From a virus: DNA of 64,000 bases. The stretch covers positions 70,940 to 134,939 of IMG/VR virus record IMGVR_UViG_3300045988_120282; one strand, given 5' to 3'. The position numbers were made by a program, and so were the translations under genes. Under the pieces are notes generated by a model. That model saw only the letters and a list, made by a program, of their open reading frames with translations. It did not search any database and was not told the origin of the DNA. This document shows positions 27,795 through 35,806 of this stretch, piece after piece. Position 1 is the first letter of the stretch, and every line of letters starts with the position of its first letter.

Positions 27795-28631
27795 ATGATT
27801 ACTATTGGTGGAGTACCAGTTGTTCCAGAATCTTTTCCAGATGGAACACAGAAAATTGATTTACCGTTAGGAGCAATGAGATCACGGATTGCAGTAAATA
27901 AATTTGTATCAATTGAATGGCTGTATGAATCAGATAAAGAATTATTTTCGCTATATTGTATTTCAAAAAGTATTCGAGAATATTTCCCACATTTATCACA
28001 GTGTTTAGTGATGCCGTATATTCCGAATGCAAGATTTGACAGGGTTAAAGATCATAACGAATGTTTTACATTAAAATATTTTGCAGAAATCATCAATGAA
28101 TTAAATTTCAGAAAGGTCATCGTAGCAGATCCTCACTCAGATGTTTCTAAAGCATTGATTGATCACCTACAATATATACCAATTAAACTATATATTTCTA
28201 AGGTTTGCAATAAAGTCCTTAAAGCAGAACCATCAAGAAATCTTGTAATCTATTTCCCAGATAGCGGATCACTAAAAAGATATTCTGAATTTGTATCAGA
28301 TGATTATCCGATTGTCTATGGAATTAAAAATCGTGATTGGAAGACAGGCAAAATTCTTGGTATTGAGATTCATGGAGATACAGATAAATTAGATGAGAAT
28401 ACAGCAATTTTAATGATTGATGATATTTGTAGTAAGGGTGGCACATTCTACTACGGATCAAAAGAATTAAACAAATACGGTTGTAAAGATATGTATTTAT
28501 ATGTTAGTCACTGTGAAAATACAATTCTTGATGGAGAATTATTAAAGGAAGATAGTTTGTTTAAAAAAGTGTATACGACACGTAGTATTTTTACAAAAGA
28601 GCATGAGAAGGTTGAGGTGTTAGATTTATGA
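27795..28631 (+). CDS. ribose-phosphate pyrophosphokinase (Prs) homolog; candidate ADP-ribose pyrophosphokinase (Adps-like)
   Basis: Prs-family blocks VMPYIPNARFDR (vs PYYGYARQDR), VIVADPHS (vs IALDLHA), AILMIDDICSKGGT (vs AILIDDIIDTAGT); shorter and divergent relative to housekeeping Prs. Confidence 0.75.
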   Translation: MITIGGVPVVPESFPDGTQKIDLPLGAMRSRIAVNKFVSIEWLYESDKELFSLYCISKSIREYFPHLSQCLVMPYIPNARFDRVKDHNECFTLKYFAEIINELNFRKVIVADPHSDVSKALIDHLQYIPIKLYISKVCNKVLKAEPSRNLVIYFPDSGSLKRYSEFVSDDYPIVYGIKNRDWKTGKILGIEIHGDTDKLDENTAILMIDDICSKGGTFYYGSKELNKYGCKDMYLYVSHCENTILDGELLKEDSLFKKVYTTRSIFTKEHEKVEVLDL

Positions 28632-30097
28632 AACAGACAAATCCAATGTTATTAATTGATTTTTACAAAGCAGTCCATGCTGAAATGTTACCAAAAGGTA
28701 TTACAAAATCTGTTTCTTATTTTACTCCACGTATGAGCAGAGTAAAACGATGGAATGAAGTAGCCATGTTTGGATTACAAGGATTCATTAAAGAGTATTT
28801 GGTCGATTATTTTAATGAGTATTTTTTCTTTGAATATAGAAACAAAGCAATTGGTACTTATAAGACAGTAATGGATGCAGCTCTTGGAGAAGGTACATAT
28901 GGATTACAGAAAATCGAAGATTTATATGATCTTGGCTATCTTCCAATTGAGATTAAGGCTCTTCCTGAAGGAACTTTAGTACCAATGCATGTGCCGATGT
29001 TTAGTATTGAGAATACTCACAAAGATTTTGCATGGTTACCACAGGCATTAGAAAGTTTAATTTCAGCAGAAATGTGGCATCCGATGATAGCTGCGACTGT
29101 CGGGCATACATATAGACAGATCGTTAATAAGTTTTATGAAATGACTTGCGATGATGATATCCCAAAATCTAAGGCATTAGGGGCTTTCGATTTTCGTGGC
29201 GAAGAATGTTTACAGTCTGCGGTTAAAGCAGGGGCAGGATGGTGTTTATCATTCTTGAATACAGCAACAGTTCCAACAATTCCGTATTTAGAGAGAAATT
29301 ATAACTGTGATTGTACGAAAGAGCCAGTTGCTTTTGGTAGTCCGTCTACTGAGCATTCGGTTATGTGTAGTAATTATGCGATTGACGGAGATGAAGAGAC
29401 ACTGATTAAAAGATTGCTAACAGAGATTTACCCAAATACAAGCTTCTCCGCAGTGTTAGATTCTTATGATTATTGGAATGTTGTAGAGAATATTCTTCCA
29501 AAACTCAAGAATGAGATCATGAATCACAATGGATGTTTTCTTGTAAGAGGGGATTCAGGAGATTGTGTAGATGTAGTAACCAGAACAGTATTCAAGTTAT
29601 GGGAAGAATTTGGCGGAACTACGAATAGTAAAGGATACAAAGTATTAGATCCTCATGTAAAAGCAATTTATGGAGATTCAATTACAGTGCAGAGATGTGA
29701 GCAGATTTATGACATCTTAGAGAAAAATGGATTCGCAGCAAGCAATGTTGCACTTGGCGTTGGATCATTCTCATTTCAGTGTATCGAAGAAGATGGAGTT
29801 TTGAAACCATTTACAAGAGATACGTTTAGTAGTTGCATCAAAGCAACATATTGTGAGATTGATGGCAGACCATATCCGATTTTTAAGAATCCAAAAGATG
29901 GCGGATTTAAGAAATCTCAGAGAGGTTTATGTCATGTCTATAAAGGATCAGACGGCAAACTGACATTTAAAGATGAATATACTTCAGAAAATCTTCCAAT
30001 GAATAATTTGCTTGAGACGGTATTTAGAGACGGTAAATTGGTCAAAGAACAGTCATTACAGGAGATTAGAAGAGTGTTAAACGAAGGAGAATTTTAA
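28628..30097 (+). CDS. NAMPT-family phosphoribosyltransferase (NadV / Namat-like)
   Basis: Collinear with NAMPT over full length: LLIDFYKAVH, LPIEIKALPEG, FDFRGEE, PSTEHSV, VLDSYD, VRGDSGD, NSKGYKVLDPHVKAIYGDSI. Confidence 0.85.
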   Translation: MKQTNPMLLIDFYKAVHAEMLPKGITKSVSYFTPRMSRVKRWNEVAMFGLQGFIKEYLVDYFNEYFFFEYRNKAIGTYKTVMDAALGEGTYGLQKIEDLYDLGYLPIEIKALPEGTLVPMHVPMFSIENTHKDFAWLPQALESLISAEMWHPMIAATVGHTYRQIVNKFYEMTCDDDIPKSKALGAFDFRGEECLQSAVKAGAGWCLSFLNTATVPTIPYLERNYNCDCTKEPVAFGSPSTEHSVMCSNYAIDGDEETLIKRLLTEIYPNTSFSAVLDSYDYWNVVENILPKLKNEIMNHNGCFLVRGDSGDCVDVVTRTVFKLWEEFGGTTNSKGYKVLDPHVKAIYGDSITVQRCEQIYDILEKNGFAASNVALGVGSFSFQCIEEDGVLKPFTRDTFSSCIKATYCEIDGRPYPIFKNPKDGGFKKSQRGLCHVYKGSDGKLTFKDEYTSENLPMNNLLETVFRDGKLVKEQSLQEIRRVLNEGEF

Positions 30098-30114
30098 GAG
30101 AGGAGATATAAAAC

Positions 30115-30885
30115 ATGAGTTTTAATGCAGCAGAAACCAAAGACAGATTAGTACAGTGGATTAGAGATTGGTTTAAAGTTAATGGAAGATGGTGTAATGC
30201 CGTTGTAGGAATTTCAGGCGGTAAAGATTCATCAGTTGTCGCTGCCTTATGTGTCGAAGCACTAGGTAAAGATCGAGTTATTGGAATTATGATGCCACAG
30301 GGTGTGCAGAGTGATATTGAGTATTCTCAGATGCTATGTGATCATCTAGGAATTGAACATTACACAGTTAATATTTTTAATGCTTGCAGAGATATTAAAC
30401 ATGAAATCAGAGATGAATTAGGCGGTAAATGGAGTAAACAGAGTGCCACAAATTTACCTGCTCGTATCCGAATGGCTACATTGTATGCTTTTGCACAGAG
30501 TATGAATGGAAGAGTAGCAAATACATGTAATTTATCTGAAGATTGGGTCGGATATGCAACAAGATATGGAGATTCAGCCGGAGATTTTAGTCCATTAAGT
30601 GATCTGACTGTGACAGAAGTTAAAGCAATTGGTAGAGTTCTGGGACTTCCAACAGAGTTAATCGAAAAAACACCTACTGATGGATTATGCGGTAAGACAG
30701 ATGAAGATAATCTTGGATTTACATATGATATGTTAGACGAATATCTGAGAACTGGAGTATGTAAAGATGAAGCAGTGAGACAGATCATTGACGAGATGCA
30801 TGAGAAGAATGTATTTAAACTTGCTCCAATGCCTAAATTTATATCTGGCATGTGGATCGAGGCAGGAATGGAGTTGGATGATTAA
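30115..30885 (+). CDS. nadE: NH3-dependent NAD+ synthetase
   Basis: PP-loop VVGISGGKDSSVVAALC and overall NadE length/architecture. Confidence 0.85.
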   Translation: MSFNAAETKDRLVQWIRDWFKVNGRWCNAVVGISGGKDSSVVAALCVEALGKDRVIGIMMPQGVQSDIEYSQMLCDHLGIEHYTVNIFNACRDIKHEIRDELGGKWSKQSATNLPARIRMATLYAFAQSMNGRVANTCNLSEDWVGYATRYGDSAGDFSPLSDLTVTEVKAIGRVLGLPTELIEKTPTDGLCGKTDEDNLGFTYDMLDEYLRTGVCKDEAVRQIIDEMHEKNVFKLAPMPKFISGMWIEAGMELDD

Positions 30886-30887
30886 AT

Positions 30888-31220
30888 ATGGAAGTTAAAG
30901 CAAAATGGACAGGTCGTGGTTTTGCACTCTGTATTGGAGAATGGAAGCTTGATGTTGATGGCAAAGATGTTACCGATAAGATTCCAGAAGACTTACGCAC
31001 AGAACCTATGAATACATATAAAAGATATGAGCGATGGTATTTTAAGGACTGGGTTGAAGAATGGGAATCATATTATGACGGACTGAAACAAGATGAGTGG
31101 ATTGAGGCTAATAAGTATTGGTTAGATAAAATTACAAAAGATATTGATGTTCAGCGCCAGATCTTCAAAGCAATCAATGAAGAGGATTTTCGCACTAATT
31201 CTTGTGGCGGATGTATTTAG
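30888..31220 (+). CDS. hypothetical protein
   Basis: ORF. Confidence 0.5.
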   Translation: MEVKAKWTGRGFALCIGEWKLDVDGKDVTDKIPEDLRTEPMNTYKRYERWYFKDWVEEWESYYDGLKQDEWIEANKYWLDKITKDIDVQRQIFKAINEEDFRTNSCGGCI

Positions 31221-31285
31221 TAACAAGATTATGACATCTATATATGGTGTTGTGATAAATAAATTTTATAACAAAGGAGATATTT

Positions 31286-32746
31286 ATGATTGAAGTAATT
31301 GGAACAGTGGTACCAGTGGTTATTGCGGTAGGTGGCGTAGGAGCTATTATCGGTAGCGGTTATGTCAAAGCAAGTCCAGATAAAGCTTATATTATTTCTG
31401 GACTTAGAAAGACACCTAAGACATTAATTGGTAAGGCAGGGTTAAAAATCCCATTCTTTGAAAAAGCAGATCATCTTAATCTTGAGTTAATTCCAATTGA
31501 TGTTAAGACATCAAGTTCTGTGCCTACAGCAGATTATATCAATATCAATGTAGATGCAGCGGTCAATGTAAAGGTTAGCAGTAATCCAGAAAGATTAAAA
31601 CTTGCAGCAGAAAACTTCTTAAATAAGCCAGTAGGCGATATTGGACAGGTCGCAAGAGAAGTCCTTGAAGGTAATATGCGAGAGATCGTTGGAAAGATGA
31701 GCCTCGAAGAAATGGTTTCTGATCGTCAGAAATTTGCACAGCTTGTTACAGAAAATGCGAAGCCAGACCTTGCTGCAATGGGATTAGATATCATCAGTTT
31801 TAATGTGCAGAATTTTATGGATGATAATGATGTTATTGAAAATCTTGGTGTAGATAATGTTGTTAAAATTCAGAAGAAGGCTGCAATTTCCAGAGCTGAA
31901 AGCGAAAGAGATATTGAAAAAGCAAAAGCAATGGCTGAAAAAGAAGCGAATGATGCAAGGGTTGAGTCAGAAACAGCGATCGCAGAAAAGAATAACAATC
32001 TGGAAATTAAAAAATCTGAACTTGAGAAGATTTCAAAAGCAAAGAAGGCTGAGGCAGATGCAGCATACAAGATTCAGGAAGAAAAATCACGTAAAGAAAT
32101 TGAAATTGTAACTGCGGATGCTAATATTATGCGTCAGGAAAAAGAAATTGAACTGAAACGTAAAGACGTTGAGGTAACAGAGCAGACATTAGATGCACAG
32201 ATCAAGAAACAGGCAGAGGCTGAAAGATATGCCTCTCAGCAGAAAGCAGATGCAGATTTATATAAGAGACAGAAAGAGTCAGAAGCTAATAAATATGCTA
32301 AAGAAAAAGAAGCTGAATCTACAAAATATGCTATGGAACAGGAAGCTGAAGGTATCCGTGCGAAAGGTGTAGCAGAAGCTGAGGCGATTAAAGCAAAAGG
32401 TATTGCTGAAGCAGAAGCGATCGAAAAGAAAGCCGAAGCTATGAAGCAGATGGGTAAAGCTTCTATCGTCGAAATGATGTGCCAGATGTTCCCAGAAGCA
32501 GTTAAAAATGCAGCTGCGCCATTAGGAAACGTAGGAAGTATCACTATGTATGGAGAAGGCAATACAACAAAATTAACAAAAGATATTATGAATGTTGTGA
32601 ATCAGGTATCAGATGGTGTTAAAGGATCTACAGGTGTTGATCTTGCAAAGATGTTGAAAGATTTTGTTTCTGAAGATAAAGAAGTAGAGTTTACAGATAA
32701 TGAAAATCTTGGAACACCAGAGCCAGCAGATTACCGTGAGTTCTAA
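31286..32746 (+). CDS. floT: flotillin (SPFH/band-7 domain, FloT/YuaG-like)
   Basis: N-terminal TM helix, SPFH core (REVLEGNMREIVGKMSLEEMVSDRQKFAQLV...MGLDIISFNV), Glu/Ala-repeat coiled coil (AEAEAIKAKGIAEAEAIEKKAEAM), C-term IVEMMCQMFPEAVKNAAAPLGNV as in B. subtilis FloT. Confidence 0.9.
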   Translation: MIEVIGTVVPVVIAVGGVGAIIGSGYVKASPDKAYIISGLRKTPKTLIGKAGLKIPFFEKADHLNLELIPIDVKTSSSVPTADYININVDAAVNVKVSSNPERLKLAAENFLNKPVGDIGQVAREVLEGNMREIVGKMSLEEMVSDRQKFAQLVTENAKPDLAAMGLDIISFNVQNFMDDNDVIENLGVDNVVKIQKKAAISRAESERDIEKAKAMAEKEANDARVESETAIAEKNNNLEIKKSELEKISKAKKAEADAAYKIQEEKSRKEIEIVTADANIMRQEKEIELKRKDVEVTEQTLDAQIKKQAEAERYASQQKADADLYKRQKESEANKYAKEKEAESTKYAMEQEAEGIRAKGVAEAEAIKAKGIAEAEAIEKKAEAMKQMGKASIVEMMCQMFPEAVKNAAAPLGNVGSITMYGEGNTTKLTKDIMNVVNQVSDGVKGSTGVDLAKMLKDFVSEDKEVEFTDNENLGTPEPADYREF

Positions 32747-32760
32747 TAGGAGAAATTATT

Positions 32761-33495
32761 ATGGCAATTATTATTATTTGTGTAATTGTAGCAATTATCG
32801 CATATTTACAATTTACTAAAAACGGAAAGCAGATTAAAAATGTGGCATCTGGAACAGTTGCAGAAAAGATCAAAGAAAATGCAATGACTCCAGAGGGAGC
32901 AAGAGCCAGATATAATACTGCAATTAAAGAGAAACAGGACTTTTATAAGAAAACAATGGGTACATACACAACGGTAGCTGGTAGATTGGCAACAATGGAA
33001 GATGATCTCAAAGAAACAAAAGAAGAAATTTCTAAAACCGAGGCAATGATCAACCAGTACATTGATAATCATGATGATAAAAAAGCAATGTATTATGCTC
33101 AAAAATTAGCCACGCTAAAGGCACAGAAATCAGTGTACGAAAAGAAAATCCCAGAGTTGCAATCCACAAAAGATAAACAAGAAGAAATTAAAAACCAAGC
33201 GTATGATCAGCTCATTAAGCTAAAAAGCGAAAAAGATACTGTGGTTCTTCAGATGGAGGCAGATCAGCAGATTGCAGAATTGCAGAAAAATTTAGATCAA
33301 TACAATAGTTCAAATGCTGCTCAGGAAGGTTTGGAAGAGGTTCGAGAAGGAGCAAAGAAACTTAGCGAACAAGCCAAAGGCGTTGCTATTGCGTATGAAT
33401 CTAGTGCAGAAACATTGGATTATCATATGGAGCAAGAAGAGCGACAGCAAGAAGCTAAAGCCATATTAGATCAGATGAAAAATGCTCGCAAATAA
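32761..33495 (+). CDS. membrane-anchored coiled-coil protein, PspA/IM30-like
   Basis: N-terminal TM helix then long heptad-repeat region; MEDDLKETKEEISKTEAMI and later segments resemble PspA helices; assignment is tentative. Confidence 0.4.
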   Translation: MAIIIICVIVAIIAYLQFTKNGKQIKNVASGTVAEKIKENAMTPEGARARYNTAIKEKQDFYKKTMGTYTTVAGRLATMEDDLKETKEEISKTEAMINQYIDNHDDKKAMYYAQKLATLKAQKSVYEKKIPELQSTKDKQEEIKNQAYDQLIKLKSEKDTVVLQMEADQQIAELQKNLDQYNSSNAAQEGLEEVREGAKKLSEQAKGVAIAYESSAETLDYHMEQEERQQEAKAILDQMKNARK

Positions 33496-33536
33496 CGAAT
33501 AAATTCATCTACAAAAATTAATTTCACAAACATAAA

Positions 33537-33630
33537 ACTGGCATTTTATGACTCTATAAAACACAATATATAGTGATTATCCAATTATTGAACCACTATA
33601 TATAGTTGTATAAAGTGCCAGTCATGGAAA
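33537..33630. repeat. large nested inverted repeat upstream of tRNA
   Basis: Outer arms AACTGGCATTTTATGAC / ATAAAGTGCCAGTCAT; inner arms CACAATATATAGTG / CACTATATATAGTTGT. Confidence 0.45.
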
Positions 33631-33763
33631 CATAGCTCAGTTGGTAGAGCAGGCAATACATAAACATTCATTTTTCTACCTCCATATAAGTATTTTTATT
33701 TATTTACATTTAATTTTCATCACATATAAATTGCCGACACAGGTTCGATTCCTGTTGTTTCCA
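33626..33763 (+). tRNA. tRNA gene interrupted by an ~67-nt AT-rich insertion in the anticodon loop (anticodon region CAT?)
   Basis: 5' half GGAAACA-TA-GCTC-AGTTGGTA-GAGC-A-GGCAA (33626-33656) and 3' half TTGCC-GAC-ACAGG-TTCGATT-CCTGT-TGTTTCC-A (33731-33763) form perfect acceptor, D, anticodon and T stems; loop begins TACATAA; no encoded CCA. Confidence 0.5.
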
Positions 33764-33765
33764 CT

Positions 33766-33802
33766 AAAAAAGACCTCAACCTAAATGGTTAAAGTCTTTT
33801 TG
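33766..33802. terminator. bidirectional rho-independent terminator
   Basis: AAAAAAGAC ... GTCTTTTTT two-segment hairpin with U-tracts on both strands, between convergent tRNA and repressor gene. Confidence 0.55.
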
Positions 33803-33803
33803 G

Positions 33804-34007
33804 TTAATCGTTTGGTATGACCTCGATAACATCTTCAACTTTGCAATCAAGATATAAGCAAATTTTGTCAATGTTTTCGAGACTGATATACTGATTCTTT
33901 GCCATCTTGGCAATTGTACCAGACCCCATATTTAAAGCGGTTCGTAAATCAGATTTTGTCATACCCTTTTTCGCTAAAGTTACGAAAAGCGGTTTATAAC
34001 TTATCAT
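33804..34007 (-). CDS. XRE-family helix-turn-helix transcriptional repressor (Cro/CI-like)
   Basis: MTKSDLRTALNMGSGTIAKMAKNQYISLENIDKICLYLDCKVEDVIEV is a canonical XRE HTH; RBS GGAGGT 7 nt before ATG 34007; only minus-strand gene, divergent from an operator-bearing promoter. Confidence 0.8.
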   Translation of the reverse strand: MISYKPLFVTLAKKGMTKSDLRTALNMGSGTIAKMAKNQYISLENIDKICLYLDCKVEDVIEVIPND

Positions 34008-34083
34008 ATGATATACCTCCACATCTATATTGTAACATATTATATACAGGATGTAAAATAAAATATTCAAGAAGTTGAAGATT

Positions 34084-34117
34084 TTGCATTGACACTATGT
34101 GCAAGAAGTGGTATATT
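34084..34117 (+). promoter_or_regulatory. promoter/operator copy 3: TTGCA-TTGACA-ctatg-TGCAA ... TGgTATATT
   Basis: -35 TTGACA 34089-34094, 17-nt spacer, extended -10 TGgTATATT; TTGCA / TGCAA inverted repeat around the -35; divergent to the XRE gene. Confidence 0.55.
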
Positions 34118-34173
34118 ATATTCAACAAATGAAAGGTAAACTTCAAGAAAATGAAATATGAAGGAGTGAGAAA

Positions 34174-34581
34174 ATGTCAAATAAAATTTACAGATATTAT
34201 CAACCAAACGATAAAGATACAAAAGACAATCATTCAGATTGCGTGATCAGAGCATTAACAAAAGTGCTTGATAAAGAATGGTTAACAACATTTGATGATT
34301 TGTTACCATACGCAAGGGATATGCAGTGTATGCCATCAGAGCGAAAATGTTACGAAGAATATTTATTCGATAATGGGTTTGCTTATCAAGGTATTAGCAA
34401 CCGAAAAGGATCTAAACGACCAACAGTTGAAAGTTTTGCAAAAGATCATAAACAAGGCAATTACTTGGTAAATGTTGCGAATCATGTAGTTGCAATTTCA
34501 GACGGTTGTTATTACGACACATGGGATTCTGGAGATTGTTGCTTGTATGGATATTACTATAAGGAAGAAGGAGAGAAATAA
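34174..34581 (+). CDS. papain-like (C39-like) cysteine peptidase candidate
   Basis: Cys in NHSDCVIRAL, His in NHVVAISDG and Asp in YYDTWDSGD in the order expected for C39-type triad. Confidence 0.45.
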   Translation: MSNKIYRYYQPNDKDTKDNHSDCVIRALTKVLDKEWLTTFDDLLPYARDMQCMPSERKCYEEYLFDNGFAYQGISNRKGSKRPTVESFAKDHKQGNYLVNVANHVVAISDGCYYDTWDSGDCCLYGYYYKEEGEK

Positions 34582-34869
34582 ATGAGAAAGAAAATTTTGG
34601 CAACGGTTCTAGGAACAACGATTTGCTTAGGATCAATGACAGGATGTACCGCAGGATTCAAAAGAGGAGTTGTTGATATGAAAAGCAATTGGAATGGTGG
34701 TATGAATAGAGTCATTACAGTATACACGGCAGACGGTAAGAAGATTGCTGAATATAAAGGAAAAATTGATATTGATACAAATGATGGTGGATATGTCAAG
34801 TTTGACTACAAAGGTAAGAGATATATTTATTATAACTGTTTTGTAGAGAGTATCGCAGATATTGATTAG
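34582..34869 (+). CDS. lipoprotein
   Basis: MRKKILATVLGTTICLGSMTGC signal peptide with lipobox Cys. Confidence 0.6.
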   Translation: MRKKILATVLGTTICLGSMTGCTAGFKRGVVDMKSNWNGGMNRVITVYTADGKKIAEYKGKIDIDTNDGGYVKFDYKGKRYIYYNCFVESIADID

Positions 34870-34884
34870 AGAGGAGAGAAACAA

Positions 34885-35169
34885 ATGAATTTAGAAGAAA
34901 CTATCAAATGCGCAAATGATATGGCAACAAAGAAATACACAGAAGCCATGTTGTGTCATGCGAATCCAGACGATGAAGAACTTGATGGATTGATTGACTG
35001 TGCCTTAAATCATGAGCAACTTGCGAAGTGGCTGGGAGAATTGAAAGAGTTAAAAGAATATAAAGAAAAGTATAGATGGCATGACTTAAGAAAGAATCCT
35101 GATGATCTGCCAGAAGATATTAAGTACGTTTGGGTTTTTATAAAAGGTGAATGCACTCATAGGTCATAG
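34885..35169 (+). CDS. hypothetical protein
   Basis: ORF with RBS GAGAGGAGAGAAAC. Confidence 0.5.
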   Translation: MNLEETIKCANDMATKKYTEAMLCHANPDDEELDGLIDCALNHEQLAKWLGELKELKEYKEKYRWHDLRKNPDDLPEDIKYVWVFIKGECTHRS

Positions 35170-35277
35170 CACGATTCTCATGGATGGAGAAGGCGTAACA
35201 GTAACATTTTATACTATAACGACGAAAGTGTTTTGGCGTGGAGAGAGATTGAAGAGTTTAAAAGTGAGGGGAAATAA

Positions 35278-35790
35278 ATGAGTACAACAAAAACAATTGA
35301 TATTTCAGTGCTGCCAGAGGCAGAACAGGATCTAATAAAAGCATTATTTGATAAATGTTGTGAAAGAGCGAAACCAAAAGAAAAAACTAATTCAGGGTCT
35401 AAAGTTTGGAAACCAAAATACGGTGAAAGATATCATTACATTGATGGTAGCGGATCTATTTATAGTGCAATATGGTTTAATAGCATTGTCGATAACGGTA
35501 GATGGGTATTAGGCAACGTATTTAAAACACAAGAAGAAGCAGTATTTGCAAGAAAGAAAAGAAAAGTAGAAGTTGAACTTGAGCGGTATGCAAAGGAACA
35601 CAATGGCACAGAATTTGCCAATCGTTGTTATTGTATTCGATGTGAAGAAGACGGAAAAAGACTTCTTTGCGATACATGGGCTACAACAAAAATACAGGGT
35701 ACAGTTATGTTTACATCAAAAGATGTTTTAGTTGATGCAATTGAAGCAATCGGAAGAGACAGAATCATTAAATACATCTTTGGAGCATAA
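35278..35790 (+). CDS. hypothetical protein (tandem paralog 1)
   Basis: Shares TIDIS-L-EA-Q-L-K-LF---CER and GNVFKT blocks with 35807-36340. Confidence 0.55.
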   Translation: MSTTKTIDISVLPEAEQDLIKALFDKCCERAKPKEKTNSGSKVWKPKYGERYHYIDGSGSIYSAIWFNSIVDNGRWVLGNVFKTQEEAVFARKKRKVEVELERYAKEHNGTEFANRCYCIRCEEDGKRLLCDTWATTKIQGTVMFTSKDVLVDAIEAIGRDRIIKYIFGA

Positions 35791-35806
35791 AGTGAGGTGA
35801 AAGAAA

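Noticed and set aside
30360-30851. Minus-strand ORFs antisense to annotated genes (examples 16428-16838, 17833-18321, 25475-25861, 30360-30851, 32236-32562, 58466-58828)
   Set aside because: These are shadow ORFs inside well-supported + strand genes (NadE, DnaE, flotillin and others). They lack RBSs and have low-complexity Ser/Leu/Phe-rich translations typical of antisense frames in AT-rich DNA.
31857-32111. Alternative-frame ORF inside the flotillin EA-repeat region
   Set aside because: The repetitive coding sequence produces an open alternative frame. The flotillin frame is conserved end to end.
33657-33730. Group I intron in the tRNA, or a genuine minus-strand mini-gene inside the insertion
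   Set aside because: 67 nt is far too short for a group I intron core. The minus-strand GGAGGT-N7-ATG opens only 28 codons overlapping the tRNA, which is likely chance in AT-rich sequence.
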